Both the position numbers and the translations under genes were made by a program. A stretch of 32,000 bases of DNA, from positions 450,001 to 482,000 of the forward strand of contig NC_000908.2 of the NCBI RefSeq assembly GCF_000027325.1, given 5' to 3'. Within the stretch, counting starts at the first letter, position 1; every line of letters begins with the position of its first letter. The stretch is from Mycoplasmoides genitalium G37. GTDB lineage: Bacteria; Bacillota_I; Bacilli_A; Mycoplasmatales; Mycoplasmoidaceae. Of the stretch, positions 11,015 to 22,066 are shown one piece after another. The notes under the pieces were generated by a model. That model was not told the DNA's origin. It saw only the letters and a program-made list of their open reading frames with translations, and ran no database searches.

Positions 11015-11689
11015 ATGGATGGTGGACAACAAGGGAGTTTTTTTGGGCTTTTAGTAATTGTTATTCCAATAATTTTGTTAATTGTTTTTTTTTCCAAGAA
11101 AAAAGGGGCACAAAAAAATGATTTTAGTGGTGAAGGAGGTAATCGATCATCAAGAAAAGATGAAGTGTGAAAAACAATTAAACAGTTTTTGCAAGAAAAG
11201 AATGAACGTGGTAAAGAAATTATTAAAACTTTTGTAGCTAAAAAACCAAACCCTTTACATTCAAAAAAAGACCGCAAGCTTTTCAATCAAGAGATACAGG
11301 CATATATTACTAGTAATAACTTAGGAAAAAGCGAAGCAAAACGTTATAAAAATGAGCAAACTCGCTTAATGCAAAGAGAACTTTATTGTATTTATTTTGT
11401 TACAAAAGATGCTAAATCAACTGAAGTTGATGATGCTAGGATTATAGAAGCTGAGGTTTATCAAAAACCTACAAAAACCAAAAGTACTCCAGAGCGGCTA
11501 ATTCGTATACTTGGTTTAAAAAATTTTGAAACTGAAATGCAATGAATTCAACCATTAATGGTTCGTGAAGAAAAGAGAAAAGAAAAAGAAGAACAGAAAA
11601 AACTTAAATTAGCTGCAAGAGAACTAAAAAAGAAGAAAAAGAAGAAAATAAAAAAACCAAAAGAAATCAGAAATCAGAAAAATGTTTAA
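11015..11689 (+). CDS. Hypothetical protein with N-terminal TM segment and strongly basic C-terminus (224 aa)
   Basis: ATG 11015: MDGGQQGSFFGLLVIVIPIILLIVFFSKKKG..., through TGA(Trp) codons to TAA 11687-11689; tail ELKKKKKKKIKKPKEIRNQKNV. Confidence 0.8.
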
Positions 11690-12617
11690 AATTGTTTTCT
11701 TTGGTACTTCAACGCTTTCAAAAAAATGTTTAGAACAACTTTTTTACGATAATGATTTTGAAATTTGTGCTGTTGTAACTCAGCCAGACAAAATTAATCA
11801 TCGTAACAATAAAATAGTACCTTCTGATGTTAAGTCTTTTTGTTTGGAAAAAAACATAACTTTTTTTCAACCAAAACAAAGCATAAGCATAAAAGCTGAT
11901 CTAGAAAAATTAAAAGCTGATATTGGTATTTGCGTTTCATTTGGTCAGTATCTTCATCAAGATATTATTGATCTTTTTCCAAATAAAGTAATTAACTTAC
12001 ATCCTTCTAAGTTACCACTACTTCGTGGTGGTGCACCATTACATTGAACCATTATTAATGGTTTTAAAAAATCTGCATTGAGTGTAATTCAATTGGTTAA
12101 AAAAATGGATGCAGGTCCGATTTGAAAACAACAAGATTTTTTAGTTAATAATGACTGAAATACTGGTGATTTATCCATATATGTAGAAGAACATTCACCC
12201 TCTTTTTTAATTGAATGTACTAAAGAAATTCTCAATAAAAAAGGGAAATGATTTGAACAAATAGGTGAACCTACTTTTGGATTAAACATAAGAAAAGAAC
12301 AAGAACATCTTGATCTTAATCAGATTTACAAGAGTTTTTTAAACTGAGTAAAAGGTTTAGCTCCCAAACCTGGTGGTTGGTTAAGCTTTGAAGGAAAAAA
12401 CATCAAAATTTTCAAAGCTAAATATGTTAGTAAAAGTAATTACAAACATCAATTAGGAGAGATAGTTAATATATCTCGAAAAGGAATTAATATTGCTTTA
12501 AAAAGCAATGAAATTATTTCAATTGAAAAAATTCAAATACCTGGAAAAAGGGTGATGGAAGTAAGTGAAATAATAAACGGAAAACATCCTTTTGTTGTTG
12601 GTAAATGTTTCAAATAG
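11682..12617 (+). CDS. fmt: Methionyl-tRNA formyltransferase (311 aa)
   Basis: MFKIVFFGTSTLSKKCLEQL..., SFGQYLHQDIIDLFPNKVINLHPSKLPLLRGGAPLHWTIINGFKKSALSVIQLVKKMDAGP; TGA codons joined. Confidence 0.95.
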
Positions 12618-12618
12618 A

Positions 12619-14622
12619 ATGATTACAAAGAGTTTTTTCCTTAAAAATTTTGATCGCTCTAAAGAATTAATTCCTCTTTCATATAACGATGTTTTTAGCG
12701 CTGTTAATCAGTTTCTGAAAAGCTATACTGACGTTAATGATATTGATATTATTGAAGAAAATTTGATTGAAGATCCAGTTTTTGAACTTGATGTTTTAGA
12801 ACTTTTAAACGAGGATCCAATGCTATTATTGGACAGTAAAAATCCCCGTGTTCAAGAAGCTAAAATTATTGCTAATAAAGCAAAAAAAAATATTAAAGAT
12901 TATTTTAATCTTCCCATTTTTTTTGATACAGATAGTTTAGATAAAAATGTTTCTGTTTATCAAAAAGCTGAGCTTACTGAAAAGAAAATTCAAGAAATAA
13001 TAACATCAAAAAAATCAGCTATTATTTTTAAACCTATTTTTGAAATAGAAGATTGCTTAATTCAACCAGATGCTATTATTGTTCATGAAAAAGGACTTTG
13101 TGAATTTGTTGTTATAAAAGCTACAACCAATACAAAAAGAAAATATTTTTTGGAAATAATTTATGACTTTGTGTTATTTAAAAAAATAGGTAAGTATAAA
13201 CTTTTAAACTATTATTTTTGTACTGTTAAATACGAATTACAAAATAAAAATAATGTTTCTTTCTTTTTAAATACTGAAATAAAAACATCAAAAAACAGTT
13301 TTAGTTTAAGTTCAAAAGAAAAAGATTATTTTAAGAATAAACCTTTTAATCACCCTGAAAAAATTGCTTACATACACAAAAAAAAGAGCAATGGAGTTAA
13401 TGGTTTTTTGATTGTAAAACTCATTGATAACCTTATTAAAAACAATATAGTTGATTTAAACAAAATAAGTGATTTTGTTACTAAAGAAATTGACAGTAAA
13501 AGTGTTCGTAATATTCAACCACTTATTAAAAATGCGGCTAAAATACAAATTAATTTTTGAGATCAAATACAAGATATAAAAAAATATCAAGAACTCAAAA
13601 TAAATCAAATTGTTTTTAATTACAGTGAAAATTTTGATTCTTTTTGGAGTAACTATTTATTAAGAAATTTAATTAAATTAGTTTTTGCTCATAAATACAA
13701 TGAAATTTTTAAATTATCTGGTAAATTAGCTAATTGAAGTCAATTAACATATGCATATAAAGAAAATAAATCAATAACTATAAATCAACTGCTTCACGAA
13801 TTAAATCAGAAAAAAAGCAAGGCTAATTTTAATAACTCAACTAATAAAATAAGTTTTTTTCTTGAAGCGTGAAATAGTGAAAAAGGTTTTGCAATTGGCA
13901 ATAAATTTAAAAATACTTGAAATAAACTTAAAAAAAAGAAAGTTTATTTTGATTTTGAAACAATTAGTTCATCAATCAGAATCATAAATAATTCATTACC
14001 ATTTAGTCAAATTGTTACCCAATGCTCATTAATAGTTGATAAAAATGAAATAGATGATAAAAGAAAACTTAATTGTGAAAATCTAATTTTTGATCCCTTA
14101 TTTATTAGCGTTAATGACTTTAAAAAAGTAATTGATTCACTCTATCAAAACAATTGCAGTGATTATAGTTTTGTTGTTTTTAATAAATCTTTTGAAAAAA
14201 ACAGATTATTGGAAATGGCTACATTGATTAATGAACAAATATATAAAGAAAAAGTAAAAGCTATTGTTGACAATCTTTTTGACTTAGCTGATATTTTTAC
14301 TATTGAAAATAACTGTTTGGCTTTCAAACAGCTAAACGGTTTTTCCTCTATCAAAAAGGTTTTAACTATTATAGATGAAAGCTTTTTAAAGGCAAGTAAA
14401 TCAATTGGTTATCAAAATTTAAAAATCCAAAAAGGTGATGTAGCACAAGAAGTTGCTTTATCGCGTTTTCTAAATTGCTTAAATAAAAATGAATGAAATC
14501 AAGTAGCTTTTGAATTAAAAAAATATTGTGAAAATGATGTCAGAGCGATGATTTCAATTGTTTTATTTATCCAAGATTTAATCAAAAAAAATGATCTATT
14601 TACTTTTTATTCAGAAAATTAG
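12619..14622 (+). CDS. DUF2779-like two-domain protein: degenerate RecB/Cas4-like N-terminus plus DEDD exonuclease-like C-terminus (667 aa)
   Basis: Single frame across several TGA(Trp) to TAG 14620-14622. N-terminal 'AIIFKPIFEIEDCLIQPDAIIVHEKGLCEFVVIKATTNTKRKY'; C-terminal 'KVYFDFETISSS', 'YSFVVFNKSFEKNRLLEMA', 'KKYCENDVRAMI'. Confidence 0.8.
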
Positions 14623-14645
14623 AACCTGCTTTTCTACTATTTCAC

Positions 14646-15434
14646 CTAATTTTTTTTAGGTTTAATAGCTAGTTTCTTACACATCTTTTGATTTTCTATC
14701 TTCTCTTTTAAATCACTAAAAAAATGGCTTCCTTTACTACTTTTTAAAAAACTTGTAAAAGAAGCCATTGCGTTGTGCTCTAAAACACTTTTATCATCGT
14801 AATTTTTGTTATTTGGGATAGCTTGTGATCAAATAATATCACCATCAAGTTCAATTATACTAAGTACCAAATTATTTGAAGTTAAGCTTACCCTAACTCT
14901 TGGTTCAGGTAATTTTTGCTCTTGAAAAAGTGAAAAGAAATCGTATTTTAAAATCTCAGAAAAAGTTCTTTCAAAAATATATTTTTCAACAAATTCAGTT
15001 GCTTTTTTCATCCCCATATCTTCATAAATGGCGCCAACCAAAGCTTCAAGTACATCACCAACAGTGTTTTCAGTTAGTTCAGCACCATTGCTTAACTTAA
15101 CAAAATCACCTAATTTTAGCTCCATACCAATACGATTAAGATTTTCACCCTTAACAATTTCAATCTTAGTTCTTGTTAAAAGACCTTCGTTATATTTAGG
15201 ATAAAGTTCAAATAGTTTTTTAGCAACAACAAAGTCAATTAAAGCATCACCTAAAAACTCTAAGCGATCGTAACTTTCACTAACATCTTCATGTTCATTG
15301 ATGTAAGAAGCGTGAATAAAAGCTTTTTCAAAAAATTCTCAATTATTAGGAAAAATATCTAAATTCTTTAAAAAAGTTGCTAGTTTTTTATCAAAAATCT
15401 TATTATTTTTTAGTTTCAAAACTTTATTCTTCAT
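14646..15434 (-). CDS. rnc: Ribonuclease III (262 aa)
   Basis: Minus translation ...WEFFEKAFIHASYINEHEDVSESYDRLESLGDALIDFVVAKKLFELYP...VGDVLEALVGAIYEDMG...; dsRBD 'SVLEHNAMASFTSFLKS'. Confidence 0.96.
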
Positions 15435-16410
15435 AGTTATTCAAAGAAGTTTTAATTGCATTAATAAGATCAGATTTTAAGCTTAGATGTGCTAATCTAA
15501 TCGTGCTTAAAAATTGTTGTTTATCAGCAGAACCGTGAGTTTTTAAAGCTAATTTATTTAAACCCATTACAACAGCTCCAGCGTTATTTTTGTAATCAAA
15601 TTTTTTGGCTACACTTTTGATAATACCTAAGCTAAATAAGCCAGCAAGAGGATTTCTTTTATAACCCCTCTTAAGAATCCGTGCTATCGTTTTAAAAGTA
15701 CCTTCCATTGCTTTTAAAACTAAATTGCCGCTATATCCATCAGCTATCAAAATATCACATATTCCATCCAGTAAAAACCTTGATTCCACAAATCCTAAAA
15801 AGTTAAGATTTTTATCAGCTTTTAAAAGCTTAAATGCTTCTTGATGATAATCAAAACCTTTATTTTCTTCTGTTCCTATATTCAATAGTCCAATTTTAGG
15901 AGTTTTTTTTGTAGTTGTTTTTTTAACAAAAATATCAGCCATTAAACCTAAAAAATAAAGTTCTTTTCCTGTGAAATATTTATTAGCTCCAACATCCAAA
16001 AAATAAAACCAATTATTGTTATCTGTCGGTACATAAGACATAAAAGCACTCTTAGTATTTTTATTAATTTTGCCAAAAGCATCATTTGTTAAAGAAGCAT
16101 AAACTGCTGAAGAGCCTGCTGAAATTACAACATCAGCATTACCTTCACGAACTAAGTTTATGGCTATTTGCATTGAACTGTTAACTTTTCTTCTTGCACT
16201 TAGTGGAGTGTCGGTCATTTCAATGAAAGAATTAGCAAGTTTTTTTGTAATATTTTTTGGAAGTATATCAAGACCATCAAAAGCCTTTTCATCACCGATC
16301 AGAATGAAATTTAAGTCCTGATGAAAACTCCAATATTTCAATACTGCTTCAATTGCTTCACTAGGTTTGTTTTCAAAACCTAAACAATCAACTGCAAATC
16401 TAAAAGCCAT
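15424..16410 (-). CDS. plsX: Phosphate acyltransferase PlsX (328 aa)
   Basis: [65 protein letters not shown], DVGAN. Confidence 0.95.
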   Translation of the reverse strand: [328 protein letters not shown]

Positions 16411-18083
16411 TACTGTATGCCTATTATGTAAGAGAACACTTTTTGTTCTCCAGGTGAAAATTCACAAAACAATTTATATTTTTTTTCAACTAAAGCTTGC
16501 ATTTTTTTCGCATCTTGTTCAGTGATGTCTTTGCCATAATAAGCCAAAAGGAACTCAGGTTTTTTCACTTTTTTTGAAAGGATATCAATTGTTTTAAAAA
16601 AACAGTCTGTAAGTTGAGATTCACTAGCAATAATACTTTTATTTGTAACAGCAATAAAATCATTTTTATTCACCATTACTTTGTTTTCTTTATATGACTT
16701 TGAAGCTTGTGTTATCGTAGCGGAAGCAAACTCTTTAATAAAGCGCTTCATTGCTTTCACATTAGTGTGAATAGAAAGATCACTGTTAAATACAGTTAAA
16801 GCAGCAATTGACTCCACAGGATTTGCTGTAATAACATAATCTGCATTAATCTTTTGGTGTTTTAACTGTTTAATTGTTTCATTGGCAGATAGAAAATAGT
16901 TTTTATCATGTAACAAAAAGATTACATTACTAGAATTGGTTAACTTAACAGCCTCAAGTAAAGAAAAAACAGAAGGAGCCCCAGTATCATCAGTACATAA
17001 TATGGCGTTAATATCATGATCTTCACGAATTCTTTCAGCAAATGCTTCTGTAGGTACAGTAGCTACTATAGCAGGTTTTAAAACTCTTTTTGTTGGTGAG
17101 TTATTCTTGTTATTAACCTGTAAATTCATGTTATCAATTTTGACAAATTCAAATTCACCATAATTAAGACCCATTTCTAATAAAAGATGTGGTTTTAAAG
17201 TATGAGCATGAACTTTAACAAAACCATTGTCTTTATCACTAGCAATTACTACAGAATTGGCAATTCTATTTACTTTACTTTCAAACTTTTTTTGATGAAA
17301 TTTTTGCTTTTCAACTGTCTGATTTATTTTTAAACCTAGTCTTAAAACATATTCTGTACAATAACCAAATTCATCTTCATTAGCATGTTGTTCTTTAAAC
17401 TTGTTAAATTTAATTTCTATAGTTGATAAAGTATTGTCATCTAAATTAGATTCGCCCCCATAATATGACAACATTCCTTCAAGAAAACAAGCAAAACCAT
17501 AAGCACCTGAATCAACCACACCTGATGCTTTTAATACAGGTAACATTTGGGGAGTTTTTTTCACTGCTTGTCAAGCTACTTTAACAGCTTGTTCAAAAAG
17601 TTTTTCAAGTGTTTTAGGACGATTTTTTTGACTCTTAAACTCATTGCTTATTAAACGAGCAACTGTTAGCATAGTTCCTTCTACTGGTTTTGATACGTTT
17701 TTATAAGCCACTTCTTGAGCAACAATGAATGCATTTGCAACATCTTCTATACTCAACTCTGAATTATTGCTTGTTTTATTTACGATTATGTTACTGAAAA
17801 ATCCTTTCATTATTTGTGAAAAGATAACCCCTGAATTGCCACGTGAAAACAAAAGTAAATCTCTAGTAAAGTTTTTACCAAGTTCACTAAAGCTTTTTAT
17901 ATGACTTTTTTCATTTTCTAGTTTCTTGATGGCTTCTGTTATTGTTACTTTCATGTTTGTTCCAGTGTCACCATCAGGAACAGGAAAAACATTCAACTGG
18001 TTTATGTATTCATAATTTTTAGCGATGTTATTACAGCCAAGGCGTAACATATCGATAAAAGAAGATAAATTTACTGATGACAT
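16410..18083 (-). CDS. fakA: Fatty acid kinase A-like, DhaL-domain protein (557 aa)
   Basis: INQLNVFPVPDGDTGTNMKVTITEA and LLLFSRGNSGVIFSQIMKGF (DhaL signature); C-terminal DegV-like region; adjacent to plsX. Confidence 0.85.
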
Positions 18084-18151
18084 CTAAAGTAAAACCCTAG
18101 CTTATAAGGGATAAAAAAGAAGTTTATAACCACAATAATTTTAAATTTTAA

Positions 18152-19144
18152 CTATTGAATTAAATATTCAAACCAAGGTACTATTTTACTCTTGAATTGC
18201 ATTAATGAATAATTTGTTAAAATGGGAAACTTGCTCGTTTCTAGTTTAGGAAAAACTAATTCATAAGCGTGAAGTGCTTGATGCTTATATTTATTATTAC
18301 GATTTTTAAATTGAATCAAGCTGTATTTTTTATCACCAACTAGTTGATTTGAAAATAAATTTAAACACGCACGAATTTGGTGAGTCCTACCACTAATTAA
18401 TCTAATTGTTATTAAAGACATATCTTTTTGAGCTATGTATGAAGAATTTTCAAAAAAAGTGCTTATCTTTTTTGCTTCTGGAAAAGGTTTTCATTTTACT
18501 GTTACAATGCCATTATTGTTATCTTTTTTTCAATAAGCAGTTTGTAAGCCAAGATGGTTAAATTGACCAAAAACTAAGCCTTTATATCTTTTGGTTAAAT
18601 GGTTATTTTTAAAAACTTTGTTCAATTCTTTTAAAGCTTTGTTTGTTTTAGCACCAATAACAATTCCAGAAGTATTACGATCAATACGATGTGCAAACTG
18701 GGGATAAAAGTTAAGTTTATTACTGTCAAATTGTCTATATCCACAGTGTTTTAAAAGCATATTTGATAAATTAATAATGCTATGTTTTTTATCAGGTTGG
18801 CAAACTATTCCAGTTGGTTTGTCAACTACAATAATATTTTCATCCTCAAATATAATTTTTAGCTTATCTTTTACCAAATCTAGAGATAAATAGTCATTAT
18901 TAGTTTGTAAATAGGGATTTATATCAAAAAGAAAAGCTATCTCATCTTTAGTTTTTAATCTTGTGTTGACCTGTGGTTTTGTTTTATTTAACAAAACCTT
19001 TCCTAAGCGTAAATACTTAAAAAAGTCACTTCTTTTAATTAAGGGAAGGATTTTTAAACAAAATTGGTCAATTCGTTGGTTTTCACTTTCTTTAGGAACT
19101 AAAAATTTATTAGCTATTCTCATTTTGTTTGGCAAGAAAATCAT
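18152..19144 (-). CDS. RluD-family rRNA pseudouridine synthase (up to 330 aa; start may be 19123)
   Basis: N-terminal S4-like domain, VVDKPTGIVCQ, FAHRIDRNTSGIVIGAKT, LISGRTHQIRACL, NQLVGDKKY; two track ORFs joined across TGA(Trp). Confidence 0.93.
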
Positions 19145-20084
19145 CCATTATCTGTACTAATTTCATAAATTGATTTTTTTCATCCAAAACAAAAGCAGCT
19201 GCATATTTATGTCCACCACCATTGAACATTTGTGCAAAGTTATTAATTGGAATATTACGTGAGCGAATGGAACCAATTCATTTTTTAATGGACTCGTTAA
19301 AGTAAACAGTAGTCCATATTTTTACTCCTTTTATGTTATTCAAAGCATGAACCATTGGTAAAGGAGAGACAACACCAAAATGTTTATATGCTCCTTTTTT
19401 AATCAATGCATAAGCTAACCCATTTTTAGTTATTTTGGCTTTGCTAAGTACATAGCTAAAGTACTTATGTTCTAGTAATGGCTTTAAATAAACTGCATCA
19501 TGAACCTTATTGCGGTTAAAACCAGTTTCCATCAATTTTGCTGTTAGGGCAAATGTTTGGGGTGTAGTAGTTGGACCTCAGAATCGCTGTGTATCAGTAA
19601 TTATTCCTGCATAAAGATATGATGCAATCTCATCATTTAATTTGTAACCCATCTGCAAAATTAAATAACCAATCATCTCAGCAGTTGCTGAAAAAGAAGA
19701 ATCAATTCATTCCATATCAGCAAATTTTTCAGTTCTAGGATGGTGATCTATCCTAACTGTCTCTTTTGCCAACTTATGTTTTTGAGTTAAAACTCTTTCT
19801 TGGTTGGAAGTATCAAAAATAATAGCTAAAGATTCTTTTACAAAATCATCATTTATGTCAGTTTGCTCAAAAGGAAAAAGTTCTCTACCGTCTGCATTAA
19901 TATTGTATGAACCCATAACATAAGCTTTTTTTTCACTGAAAAAAGTATTTAGGAAAGTTTTGAAAGCAAAAGCAGATCCAAATGCATCAAAGTCTGGGTT
20001 TACATGTACAAATAAACTGAACTTATCAAACTGTTTAACCTTTTTTGAAAAATTCTTAATGAATTGTGGATCGATACTAATCAT
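19110..20084 (-). CDS. DHH/DHHA1 phosphoesterase, NrnA-like (324 aa)
   Basis: FVHVNPDFDAFGSAFAF, TVRIDHHPR, C-terminal 'MFNGGGHKYAAAF' (GGGH of DHHA1); frame continuous through TGA(Trp) to TAA 19110-19112. Confidence 0.92.
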
Positions 20085-21234
20085 TGCTTAATTCACTTAC
20101 TCCCTTTTCAATTAAATCATTTAAAAAAATAAGCTCACTTTCAAGCTTTTCAACATTTATCAATTTAGCTTTCGTTGTAGGATTTTTGGGAGAAAACTCA
20201 CTACAAGTATCTAAATGTTGTTCAATAGAAATATCAAAAGTATTAAAAAATTTAGCTAATTCAATAATTTTATCTTTACTAAAGCCAATTAAGGGGCGAA
20301 CTATAAATGTATCTGGTGTTGCTGATTGAATAACTTTTAAATTTTCAATGGTTTGGGATGCAACTTGTCCCAAAACCTCACCTGTAACTAGACAATCATA
20401 CTTAAACATACTAGCAGCTTTATAAAAAACACGACGCATTAAAACGATACGATAAGATTCATTACTAATATGAATTAACTCTTTTTGAATTGCAGTGAAA
20501 TCAAAAACTAATAATTTACCACTACAAATCGTTTTATTAAAAGAAATTAAATTTGCTAACCTTGTGATTTTTTCAATTGTTTTTTGATTCTTATTTGGTT
20601 CATTAATAAAGGTGATAAAATCAATGTTAAAACCACGTTGCATTACAAGTGAAGCTGCAACTGGGCTATCAATTCCTCCTGAAAGTAAGACTAAAGCTTT
20701 ACCACTACTATAAACAGGTAATCCACCTTTACCTTTAAAACGTTCTGTAAAAACAAGAAAATGCTCCTTCAAAATCTCTATATTAGCTATTATTTCAGGG
20801 TTATTAATTACTCCTTTTAATTGGTATTTTTCAAATAGTTTAACTGCTAAATACTTCTTAAAATTACTTGAATTTTCAGCAAAATTTTTATCACGTCTCT
20901 TAACTTCTAATTTAAAGGAATTAAAATCTTTAAATAAATTAAAAAGAAGATCTAATAGTTTGTTTTCTTCCCTTACTATCTGTGATGCAAAAAAGAACAA
21001 ACTAATTCCAGGCAAAAAACTGAATAATTCTTGGAGAATCGCTCTTTGTTCTTTTTTAATATCAAAGACAACAATTCTATCAAATTCATAAACAATACTA
21101 TTGTTAATTTCCAGTTTTTTAAAAGCTTTTTTGATGTTAATTTTTAATTGTTTTGTGAAATAAGAACGGTTTTTTCCTTTTAAAACCAATTCACCATAAC
21201 GCGCAACTAATACATCTTCACTATTCAATTCCAT
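20077..21234 (-). CDS. thiI: tRNA 4-thiouridine synthetase ThiI (385 aa, no rhodanese domain)
   Basis: ARYGELVLKGKNRSYFTKQL, LLSGGIDSPVAASLVMQRG, DTCSEFSPKNPTTKAKL. Confidence 0.95.
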   Translation of the reverse strand: MELNSEDVLVARYGELVLKGKNRSYFTKQLKINIKKAFKKLEINNSIVYEFDRIVVFDIKKEQRAILQELFSFLPGISLFFFASQIVREENKLLDLLFNLFKDFNSFKLEVKRRDKNFAENSSNFKKYLAVKLFEKYQLKGVINNPEIIANIEILKEHFLVFTERFKGKGGLPVYSSGKALVLLSGGIDSPVAASLVMQRGFNIDFITFINEPNKNQKTIEKITRLANLISFNKTICSGKLLVFDFTAIQKELIHISNESYRIVLMRRVFYKAASMFKYDCLVTGEVLGQVASQTIENLKVIQSATPDTFIVRPLIGFSKDKIIELAKFFNTFDISIEQHLDTCSEFSPKNPTTKAKLINVEKLESELIFLNDLIEKGVSELSND

Positions 21235-22066
21235 TTTCCTTTAATCATTGAATATCACTTTCTGTTAGTTTAGGACTTTTACCAGTTAATATGTAATTTT
21301 CATATCAAATTCTCGCCTTATCAACTAAAACACTAAATCCCTTATGATCTATCTTGATAGGAATTAACCTAATTTCTCTATTGCTAGCATTAAATTGTTC
21401 TGGTAAGACATAATCTTCTGGTTTCAAAAAGGCAATTGCAAAAAGTCCTTTATTTACATTGCGCAAATATAGATAAAGACCAATTTGACAATAATATAAA
21501 GTACTGATAATAATTTTTCCATTACTGTCAAATCAACTATCTTTTTTGCCATCTTTCTTTTTAACAATAGGCATACCATTTTCATCAAGAATCATCTTGA
21601 GATTTCCATTGATTTTTTTATAAATAAGACTATCGCAAGAAGTTGTTTTAATCTCTAACATAGGAAGATCATTTTGATAAGCTAATTCACCATTTTCATC
21701 AAGAGGTTCACCATCAGGTATCCCACCAAAAACACTATCATCCTTAAATAAATCAAATTGAACTTTTTTAGGATCATAAGAATGAAAATTAAAACCAGTT
21801 TTTAAATTGACATAATCACGTATTTTAGGTTCTATTATGTTTCCAGCTTTTGCCAGTGTTTCATCAAATTCATCTTCATAAATTTTGACCATATTAGCTC
21901 AAGTTTTAAATGATGACTCATATTCAGATAAACCTAAAACCTTGCCAAAGCGAGTACCGGTTATTTTTTTAAATAGAGCTTTATTTCTTAAAAAATACTG
22001 TTCTGATAGAACAATTTGATTATCAACTATATCAAAATCAGTTTTATATTGCTTTATAAATCCCAT
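21221..22066 (-). CDS. YqaJ/lambda-exonuclease-like PD-(D/E)XK putative nuclease (281 aa)
   Basis: ATG 22066 to TAG 21221-21223. 'ITGTRFGKVLGLSEYESSFKTW', 'AGNIIEPKIRDYVNLKTG', 'FGGIPDGEPLDENG...DLPMLEIKTTS', 'YYCQIGLYLYL'. Confidence 0.78.

Noticed and set aside
10960-11286. 108-aa minus-strand ORF
   Set aside because: Antisense to the 11015..11689 gene; Phe/Ser-rich sequence is the reverse image of its Lys/Arg codons.
11590-11689. A-rich run that looks like a simple repeat
   Set aside because: It encodes the lysine-rich C-terminus of the 224-aa protein in frame, so it is coding low complexity.
12089-12289. 66-aa minus-strand ORF
   Set aside because: Inside fmt on the opposite strand, no domain.
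14163-14354. 63-aa minus-strand ORF
   Set aside because: Antisense to the DEDD-like region of the 667-aa gene.
20084-20329. 81-aa plus-strand ORF
   Set aside because: Antisense to thiI; not supported.
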